DNA from: a virus
IMG/VR virus record: IMGVR_UViG_3300005832_000021
Location: 1 to 30,519 of that record
DNA: 30,519 bases
Direction: 5' to 3' (one strand)
Each line of letters begins with the position of its first letter. Position 1 is the first letter of the stretch. The position numbers were made by a program, and so were the translations under genes. This document shows, piece by piece, positions 25,029 to 30,519 of the stretch. The notes beneath the pieces are model-generated. The model searched no databases and was not told where the DNA came from. It saw only the letters and a program-made list of their open reading frames with translations.

Positions 25029-25159
25029 ACTTTACTCGACTCATCGATCGCTCTCTCCGCCGTCGACCCGGCGACGATGATCGCCTTGATCGCGAGCGCC
25101 GCTCCGATGATCGCTGAGACGACGACCGCTCCGACGATAAGCATTGATAATATACTCAT
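25025..25159 (-). CDS. Small single-pass membrane peptide (44 aa), not in the ORF track
   Basis: ATG at 25159 with a GGGAG RBS. The product is MSILSMLIVGAVVVSAIIGAALAIKAIIVAGSTAERAIDESSKV. Confidence 0.5.
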   Translation of the reverse strand: MSILSMLIVGAVVVSAIIGAALAIKAIIVAGSTAERAIDESSKV

Positions 25160-25174
25160 GATCTTGATCTCCCT

Positions 25175-25375
25175 TTATTCTTTAATTGCTCGATTGGTCT
25201 TAACATACCAGACCGCCAGATCGACTCGATTGCGTAATCCTAATTTTTTATATATGTTTTGTGTTCTGATTCTTATCGTGCCATAAGCGGCTCCCGTACT
25301 CTCGGCGATCTCTTGATTTGTATAACCCAGTCTTACAAGTCGAGCGGTCGCGTGTTGTTTATCGGTGAGGTTCAT
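25175..25375 (-). CDS. LuxR/GerE-type HTH transcriptional regulator (66 aa)
   Basis: LTDKQHATARLVRLGYTNQEIAESTGAAYGTIRIRTQNIYKKLGLRNRVDLAVW fits the GerE HTH pattern. Confidence 0.8.
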   Translation of the reverse strand: MNLTDKQHATARLVRLGYTNQEIAESTGAAYGTIRIRTQNIYKKLGLRNRVDLAVWYVKTNRAIKE

Positions 25376-25749
25376 TACTCGCCCCGGTCCATTGCCTCGG
25401 ATCGAAATTGAGCTTTTAGCTGTTTAAAATCCGCCGGTCGAAAATCCTCCGGCGGTCTCGAGTATTCCATCTTTAGCGAGATCCCCAGCCCGTCACAGTC
25501 GGGACACTGTATCGAGTAATGCTGCCCGACCCACCATCCGACGCCGTCCTCGTATTTGTTACAATCCGAGCGGCTCGAGCTCGGAGACTGAAACGGTCCC
25601 TTTGTCGCCAGGAATAAAGTAATCGATCCGACTCCGCCGCAATTCTTACACTCATTCGGATTGACCGGATCGAGCGCCGAGATAAACGACTTTTTAACGT
25701 TGTAACCTTTGGCAAGCTCTAATAATTTTTTTGGAAAATGTCGACTCAT
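25375..25749 (-). CDS. Protein with two DnaJ-type CxxCxGxG zinc-finger motifs
   Basis: CKNCGGVG and CPDCDGLG. Confidence 0.55.
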   Translation of the reverse strand: MSRHFPKKLLELAKGYNVKKSFISALDPVNPNECKNCGGVGSITLFLATKGPFQSPSSSRSDCNKYEDGVGWWVGQHYSIQCPDCDGLGISLKMEYSRPPEDFRPADFKQLKAQFRSEAMDRGE

Positions 25750-26525
25750 TTTTTGATCCCTCCGAGATCTCTTATAATTTTATCGTAAGGGTCGAGCTCT
25801 TGTATCTCCCCACCTTGTAACGCAGCGAGCGCCCAGTCAATAAAACCGTAATTTGTCGGGCTGTAATTCCCGTTTCCATTTTTGCGCGGCGTCGAGACCC
25901 AGTCTTGACGAGCTCGCTTGATCGCCTCTCTCGTTGGCTCGAGACCATACGCCGAGATCATATCCTCGACCGTCCCGAAATGCTCGAGCGCTCTCGTCGT
26001 CAAAACGCCGCAAATTGACTCGAGTAATCGCCGAGCGTCTCGCTCTTGGATTGATTCTTGAGCAAAAGTCGGAGAAGTCGCCGCGCTTTTAACTTCTTCT
26101 TCTTCCTCTGATTCTGTTTCTTCTTCTTCCTCTGTGTAACGATTCGTTACATTTGCGTTATCAAGACCGTTATATATCCGTTTCTTTTGGGCTTTACGAT
26201 GTCTCGAGACGCGCTCGGCGACCGTTTGGGGACCTTGTCTCTTTGTGTAGTTTGTGACAATCCAGTGACGATCGAGCGGATCGCTTGAGATATAGTCGAG
26301 TAATCCGACCCGGGCGAGTTGCTCAAACTCAGCCCGGAGCGACTCCTCGTCAAGTCTCAGTCTCCAAGCGATATCGGAGATCGAGGGTATCCGCCCGTCG
26401 TCGTCAATCTCTTTTGCCAGTAAGATACACTCGACAAAGCGTCTCCAAAGATTATCAGACAATCGCCCGACTTTTGAGTCGTCGAGTATCTCTATCCATA
26501 GTTTAGCCCAGTAATTACTCGCCAT
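25746..26525 (-). CDS. Replisome organizer / replication initiation protein candidate
   Basis: The N-terminus YWAKLWIEILDDSKVGRLSDNLWRRFVECILLAKEIDDDGRIP...IAWRLRLDEESLRAEFEQLARVGLL resembles the phage replisome-organizer N-terminal domain. An acidic linker (EEEEETESEEEEE) follows. Confidence 0.55.
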   Translation of the reverse strand: MASNYWAKLWIEILDDSKVGRLSDNLWRRFVECILLAKEIDDDGRIPSISDIAWRLRLDEESLRAEFEQLARVGLLDYISSDPLDRHWIVTNYTKRQGPQTVAERVSRHRKAQKKRIYNGLDNANVTNRYTEEEEETESEEEEEVKSAATSPTFAQESIQERDARRLLESICGVLTTRALEHFGTVEDMISAYGLEPTREAIKRARQDWVSTPRKNGNGNYSPTNYGFIDWALAALQGGEIQELDPYDKIIRDLGGIKK

Positions 26526-26693
26526 AATACCGCCTTAAATAAAATGATCGCCTTGTAACCGAGACTCACCCTGAGAGAGAGGTAAGCGACAAAAGTCGAG
26601 ACGGGTAAAGTCTCGGGTACAAAGCGACCAATTAAAAAAACTATTCGATTGTATACTTTTGTCGACCTCTCATCTCTCGGTATCATAATAATC

Positions 26694-26918
26694 TCATTCG
26701 ACCTCGGAGTCAAGCTCTCTCGGCTCGAGCATACAATCGACCGAGACTCTCTTACCGTGAGCGGTTACGGCGACGAACGTCGTCCTCTCATGATCGAGAT
26801 TGTATAATCCGAGCTCTCGCCAGATCGCCCGGGAGATCGCTCGGCAAGAGCCCGATCCCTGATACCAAAACGAATCGAAATAAGCGCCGTCAATCTTAAC
26901 GATTATCTTGCAGCGCAT
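26694..26918 (-). CDS. Hypothetical protein (74 aa)
   Basis: Start moved to ATG at 26918 (AAGGAT 8 nt upstream). Confidence 0.4.
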   Translation of the reverse strand: MRCKIIVKIDGAYFDSFWYQGSGSCRAISRAIWRELGLYNLDHERTTFVAVTAHGKRVSVDCMLEPRELDSEVE

Positions 26919-27189
26919 TTTTGTTAATCCTTTTGTGTTCAGCATTATGGCATTTTACACAAAGCGGTATCACAAGATTCGGACGATCATAATACGGGTG
27001 ATGATAATGCCTCGCCGGTTTGCGACAATTCCAACATGAGAGCGATTTTACCGGCGGGATCTCGCCTCTCATAACCGACTTATATATCTCGCTTTGTGAT
27101 GATCTTTTACTGGGATTATTGCGAGTATATATTTTTGTCGCTCGATTATGGATCCTCATTACGTCGCCGTTAACGAGAGATATTTTCAT
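26896..27189 (-). CDS. HNH endonuclease
   Basis: CWNC...HYHHPYYDRPNLVIPLCVKCHNAEH shows the CxxC...HH...N...CxxCHxxxH layout. Confidence 0.7.
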   Translation of the reverse strand: MKISLVNGDVMRIHNRATKIYTRNNPSKRSSQSEIYKSVMRGEIPPVKSLSCWNCRKPARHYHHPYYDRPNLVIPLCVKCHNAEHKRINKNALQDNR

Positions 27190-27458
27190 CGGTCGCGCTC
27201 GATAAACTGTCTATTGTACTCATTCTCAGGATCGACGATCGCGGCGACTTTGACGGCGAGCTCGTAATCGAGCCATCCGATACCCAGGACCCAGCGACCC
27301 GACTCAAAGTCAAAGCGTATTTGACCGATCGAGACGCCCGGTCGGTCGACGTTACCGCTCATGATACGAGAGCGAATTTTAAAGAGCGCGTTAACCTGAT
27401 CGTCGGTTAAATTGACGACGACGGTATCTTTTACTTTTGTCGTTTCCGATATCTCCAT
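27186..27458 (-). CDS. Hypothetical protein (90 aa)
   Basis: ORF in the operon with an AAGGAG-type RBS. It overlaps its neighbours. Confidence 0.5.
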   Translation of the reverse strand: MEISETTKVKDTVVVNLTDDQVNALFKIRSRIMSGNVDRPGVSIGQIRFDFESGRWVLGIGWLDYELAVKVAAIVDPENEYNRQFIERDR

Positions 27459-27859
27459 TATTTGACTCCTTGTAATAATGCTGCCAAGCGAGCGAGATAC
27501 TCATCGCTCGCTCGGTATTCCCCGCTCGCCTTACGGGCGGTTAAGATCGTAATCGCGGCGCTCTCCGGATCGTCGGCGTTGATTACGATTCGATTACGAT
27601 CGTCGGACCGGATGAGCAATAATCGCCGATGCTCTCGATTGACGATCGGGTCTCCCCTGATATAGCGCGAGAGATTAGCGAATCCGATCCGGTTATCAAA
27701 TAAGATCCGGTCAATCTCTCGCAGCGCCAAAGCGGTAAAGAGCGATTCTCCGGCGTTTAAATCGGCAAGATATAATCTTATATCCGATTCGTCGTAAAAT
27801 CGCTCTAATCGCCTTGTACGCTCGTCGTACAAGTATTCTCGAGATCGGTCGTCGCTCAT
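27458..27859 (-). CDS. Hypothetical protein (133 aa)
   Basis: ORF in the operon, tightly packed. Confidence 0.5.
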   Translation of the reverse strand: MSDDRSREYLYDERTRRLERFYDESDIRLYLADLNAGESLFTALALREIDRILFDNRIGFANLSRYIRGDPIVNREHRRLLLIRSDDRNRIVINADDPESAAITILTARKASGEYRASDEYLARLAALLQGVK

Positions 27860-28146
27860 AACTCGACGTAAGTCTCGATCTCGACGACTTTCGGGTAAAC
27901 TCGCCCATCGCGACCGAGCTCGATCATAAAGACTCGATCGGTCTTACCTTGTACGATGATCTTACCAGTCGAGGCGGCGGTCCCATTAAAATAAACCGAC
28001 TCGAGATCTTGACCGGCGCTCATGAGCTCCGCATCGATCTCGTCAAACTCGCGCTTTACTCGTTCGTATCTCGCGAGCTCGCCCAGATATCTTTTTACTG
28101 CCTCGATGAGTTGCTCTCTCGATGATAATTCTCTCTCATTATCCAT
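27856..28146 (-). CDS. Hypothetical protein (96 aa)
   Basis: ORF in the operon. Its ATG overlaps the stop of the upstream small ORF (AATGGATAA). Confidence 0.5.
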   Translation of the reverse strand: MDNERELSSREQLIEAVKRYLGELARYERVKREFDEIDAELMSAGQDLESVYFNGTAASTGKIIVQGKTDRVFMIELGRDGRVYPKVVEIETYVEL

Positions 28147-28276
28147 TTTCTGATCTCCCTTTTAGGTCGTCTAATTTTTTTATGATCTGTTGAGTATATT
28201 CCAGTAATTCTCGAGCCTCTCGGAGTTTGTCGTCGATCGTCTCGATCAGGTCGATGAGCGTCTCGATCTCGCTCAT
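28139..28276 (-). CDS. Small helical protein (45 aa), not in the ORF track
   Basis: The ATG at 28276 overlaps the upstream TGA (ATGA), and the stop overlaps the next ATG. The product is MSEIETLIDLIETIDDKLREARELLEYTQQIIKKLDDLKGRSENG. Confidence 0.45.
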   Translation of the reverse strand: MSEIETLIDLIETIDDKLREARELLEYTQQIIKKLDDLKGRSENG

Positions 28277-28671
28277 TTTATCCTCTTGATCGAGACCGAG
28301 GGTCCGGAGGTTTGAGTGTAAAATTCGGAGAGATTATCGATCCCGGCGCTCTTACAAAGAGATCTCCAATCGACCGAGCTTTTTGTATGATCCGGCGTTA
28401 ATTGACAAATGCGATCCTCGCTTAACATCTCCCGAGCGGCGCTCTCGTAATCGTAAGAGCCTCGACCGTTTGAGTAAGTCGCCCGGACGTCTCCGACCGT
28501 TTGTGTTTTACCCAGCGATAAGACGGTCCGAGAGATCATCGCCTCGAGCGCCTCGAGCTCTCGACTGAGCTTTGAGTAGTCGATCATCGCCTCGGCGAGC
28601 TCGACCGGCGTTAATAGGATCGGCGGATCGGCGACCGCTTGATCGGTAATCATTTTTATGATCTCATCCAT
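28273..28671 (-). CDS. Hypothetical protein downstream of RecT (132 aa)
   Basis: ORF with an AAAGGA RBS. It has an N-terminal coiled segment and no family I can name with confidence. Confidence 0.5.
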   Translation of the reverse strand: MDEIIKMITDQAVADPPILLTPVELAEAMIDYSKLSRELEALEAMISRTVLSLGKTQTVGDVRATYSNGRGSYDYESAAREMLSEDRICQLTPDHTKSSVDWRSLCKSAGIDNLSEFYTQTSGPSVSIKRIK

Positions 28672-28770
28672 TACAGAATCCTTTGCGGCGGATATAGCGC
28701 CGCCGCTCGCTTTTGGGTCCCGATAAGTCGATCGGGTTATCGGTCTCTTGTGGTGACATCGACGAGACCG

Positions 28771-29625
28771 TTAAAATCCGAGTTGTCGCAGCGAAGCGCC
28801 CTCGTCAAACGGGATCGGCTCGGCGTCCGGATCGATCAGATCATCGGGATCGTTCTCGATCATCGTCTCGAGCTCATCCGTAAAAGCGGCGTCGACGGTC
28901 GGCTCGTTATCCTCGATCGCCTCGAGCATATTCCGAGATCCGGTATCGAGGACGCCGTCTCGCAGTAATAAGAGCCGGAGCGGAGTCTTGCGAGCCATCG
29001 CGTCGAAATTCTCGAGCCACATCGAGCCCGGGTAAAATTTGCCGTTACGCTTGTCGAAAGTCGGCGAGTATTTTTGAGCGTGAGCCATGATATCGGCGAT
29101 CGGCATATAAAGCGCCGAGCCGTAACCGGAGACCATCTTGAAAGCGGCGAGATATCCGATAATCTCGTCGCTCTTTTTAGCGCCCTCGAGGCGGAGCTCT
29201 CCGCTCATCCGGTCCTCGATAATTTCCTCGCCGTCGTAAATCGGAGTATCGTTAATCCATCGATATTGACCGGTCCTGAGTGCTAATTGCTTGATACCTC
29301 GCACCATCGGGACAAAAACGGCGGCGTAATACCATTGATTCGATTCTTTATTCTTGCGACGAAACGGTACGATCGCGGCTTGACCGGTCGACGGGTCGAC
29401 CGATAATCGCAAGATCGCGGCGTTGAGACCGGCGGTAATAACCGAGACGGGCTCGCAATCCCAGATCGCCGGGTTAAGGTTTGCTGCGTTGATAATCGCA
29501 GTAATCCAAGCGCCGCCGGTCGGACCGACGGTCTCGATAAAGCGCTCGCGTACGACCTGACTTTTAAGCATAGTCATTAATTTGTTTTCTGGGTCCTGCT
29601 TTTGGATTGTTAGTTGATTGGTCAT
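28771..29625 (-). CDS. recT: RecT-family single-strand annealing recombinase
   Basis: The overall RecT layout is present: ...NPAIWDCEPVSVITAGLNAAILRLSVDP..GQAAIVPF...VFVPMVRGIKQLALRTGQY...IGYLAAFKM..G......MWLENFDAMARKTPLRLLL. Confidence 0.75.
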   Translation of the reverse strand: MTNQLTIQKQDPENKLMTMLKSQVVRERFIETVGPTGGAWITAIINAANLNPAIWDCEPVSVITAGLNAAILRLSVDPSTGQAAIVPFRRKNKESNQWYYAAVFVPMVRGIKQLALRTGQYRWINDTPIYDGEEIIEDRMSGELRLEGAKKSDEIIGYLAAFKMVSGYGSALYMPIADIMAHAQKYSPTFDKRNGKFYPGSMWLENFDAMARKTPLRLLLLRDGVLDTGSRNMLEAIEDNEPTVDAAFTDELETMIENDPDDLIDPDAEPIPFDEGASLRQLGF

Positions 29626-29705
29626 TTTTGACTCCTCTCATAATAGCCGACGGCGTAACCGACGACAAAAATAAAGATTACGACGACAAAAATCCAGATT
29701 GGCAT
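29622..29705 (-). CDS. Small single-pass membrane peptide (27 aa), not in the ORF track
   Basis: ATG at 29705 with a GGGAGAG RBS. The stop overlaps the RecT ATG (ATGA). The product is MPIWIFVVVIFIFVVGYAVGYYERSQK. Confidence 0.4.
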   Translation of the reverse strand: MPIWIFVVVIFIFVVGYAVGYYERSQK

Positions 29706-29719
29706 AATCGATCTCTCCC

Positions 29720-30055
29720 TTAAAAAATAATCTCGTCGCCATCCGCCGAGGCGGGCGTGTCCGAGTTGATATGATACGGTCCGACGCCGTTGTCGTTATT
29801 GTCGCGACCGTTTTCGAGCTCGTCGATCATCTCGTCGATGATCCCGACCTCGTTGTATAACTGCTGAGGGTCATAACCGACGGCGAGCGCCGCTTTGATT
29901 TGGAGACCCATTTTAAAGCGCTCGAGCTTGAGCGCCTCGATCTCCGCCCAGGTATCGCGACCGACGGCGGAGATCTTGCTCTCAAGCTCGCGCAATTGAG
30001 CGACTTGTCGCTCTAGCTGCCTTGTACTAATTTGTGATTTGTGACCGTTATACAT
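29720..30055 (-). CDS. First early protein: coiled coil with acidic C-terminal tail ending DGDEIIF
   Basis: 111-aa ORF with a purine-rich RBS (GAGAGAGAGAGGT), located directly downstream of the early promoter. Confidence 0.55.
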   Translation of the reverse strand: MYNGHKSQISTRQLERQVAQLRELESKISAVGRDTWAEIEALKLERFKMGLQIKAALAVGYDPQQLYNEVGIIDEMIDELENGRDNNDNGVGPYHINSDTPASADGDEIIF

Positions 30056-30098
30056 ATTACCTCTCTCTCTCTTGTCTCTAGGTTGACTGTCATTTGTA

Positions 30099-30126
30099 AT
30101 TTTATCATATATTATTATATTGTCAA
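30099..30126 (-). promoter_or_regulatory. Sigma70-like early promoter (TTGACA - 16 nt - TAAAAT)
   Basis: On the minus strand, TTGACA (30126-30121) is followed by a 16-nt spacer and TAAAAT (30104-30099). It lies upstream of the 29720..30055 gene. Confidence 0.5.
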
Positions 30127-30140
30127 ATATATATTTGACA
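30121..30140. promoter_or_regulatory. Perfect 20-bp palindromic operator carrying both -35 boxes
   Basis: TGTCAAATATATATTTGACA is its own reverse complement. Each half is a TTGACA -35 hexamer for one of the two divergent promoters. Confidence 0.6.
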
Positions 30141-30163
30141 TATTATTTATTTACTTGTAAGAT
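30135..30163 (+). promoter_or_regulatory. Sigma70-like promoter (TTGACA - 17 nt - TAAGAT) for the RHH gene
   Basis: TTGACA is at 30135-30140 and TAAGAT at 30158-30163. The ATG at 30170 lies only 6 nt after the -10, with no Shine-Dalgarno, which implies a leaderless mRNA. Confidence 0.55.
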
Positions 30164-30169
30164 AGCAGT

Positions 30170-30400
30170 ATGAGTAAATTAACCGATACACCCACCAAGC
30201 GAAAACCGGGTCGACCGCCGACTTTTATTGAGCCGACAAAGGTCGTCTCGGTGATTATGCCGCTCTCGATGGTAAAGCGCCTCGAGAGAGAGGGAGACAA
30301 TATCAGTAAGACGGTCCGAGAGATCATTAAAGAATACGACTCGATCGTTGATACCTTGTTTAAATTAGAGGTCTCCGATGAGCGACAAAGCGCGCCGTAA
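30170..30400 (+). CDS. Ribbon-helix-helix (Arc/CopG-like) transcriptional regulator with basic N-terminal arm
   Basis: KVVSVIMPLSMVKRLEREGDNISKTVREIIKEY fits a strand-helix-helix layout. The N-terminal KRKPGRPP arm is AT-hook-like. The gene lies next to an AT-rich palindromic operator. Confidence 0.6.
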   Translation: MSKLTDTPTKRKPGRPPTFIEPTKVVSVIMPLSMVKRLEREGDNISKTVREIIKEYDSIVDTLFKLEVSDERQSAP

Positions 30401-30519
30401 TCCCCAGTATAACTATGCTGCCCGAGGTCAAGAGATCCGATATCGATCTCCCCAGGCCAAAAAGAGAGCGCCGCTTGATCGTCAAGCTCGGCGCGTGATC
30501 TCGACGCTCTTATATTTCG
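30400..30519. repeat. Terminal direct repeat, right copy (identical to 1-120)
   Basis: Exact 120-nt identity with the window start. Implies a 30399-bp unit genome. Confidence 0.97.

Noticed and set aside
26492-26713. 73-aa minus-strand ORF across the 26.5-26.7 kb spacer
   Set aside because: It overlaps both flanking genes, has no RBS and has an odd composition. The region is more likely non-coding.
1-30519. Search for integrase, tRNA, rRNA, CRISPR array, toxin-antitoxin pair or known defence system
   Set aside because: Nothing with recognisable signatures was seen. Intergenic space is too small for tRNA or rRNA genes. No repeat-spacer arrays are present. I cannot exclude novel small systems among the hypothetical early genes.

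Overview
The window is one complete tailed-phage genome of about 30.4 kb. Bases 1-120 are identical to 30400-30519, so the unit length is 30399 bp. It is either circularly closed or terminally redundant.

Almost all genes are on the minus strand, in a lambda-like order:
- A divergent promoter/operator region lies at about 30.08-30.17 kb.
- The early recombination/replication/regulation module follows: RecT, HNH, replisome organizer, DnaJ-type zinc-finger protein, LuxR-type HTH, a Pol X-like island, RusA and a winged-helix protein.
- An intrinsic terminator fused to a sigma70-like late promoter lies at about 22.34-22.40 kb.
- Next comes the lysis cassette: holin, a TM/coiled-coil protein and a GH25 endolysin.
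- TerS and TerL follow, then four accessory genes, one of them a compositionally foreign double-LamG gene.
- The head module follows: portal-MuF fusion, HK97-type prohead protease, major capsid protein, a glycosyltransferase-methyltransferase fusion and head-tail joining genes.
- The tail module follows: major tail protein, G/G-T chaperones with a clear -1 frameshift site, tape measure, a tail-tip protein and two small fibre-like proteins ending at 1121.

Only three plus-strand genes exist, and they span the repeat junction: an RHH regulator, a Pro/Thr-rich two-TM membrane protein and a small ORF. I saw no integrase, tRNA, rRNA, CRISPR array or reverse transcriptase.

Most of the genome is saturated with palindromic TCGA/GATC/CTCGAG/CGATCG motifs, which produce many antisense shadow ORFs in the supplied track. 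Two islands lack this signature and look horizontally acquired: 16219-17637 and about 23.6-25.0 kb.

All functional calls come from motif and architecture recognition by eye. No database searches were run.
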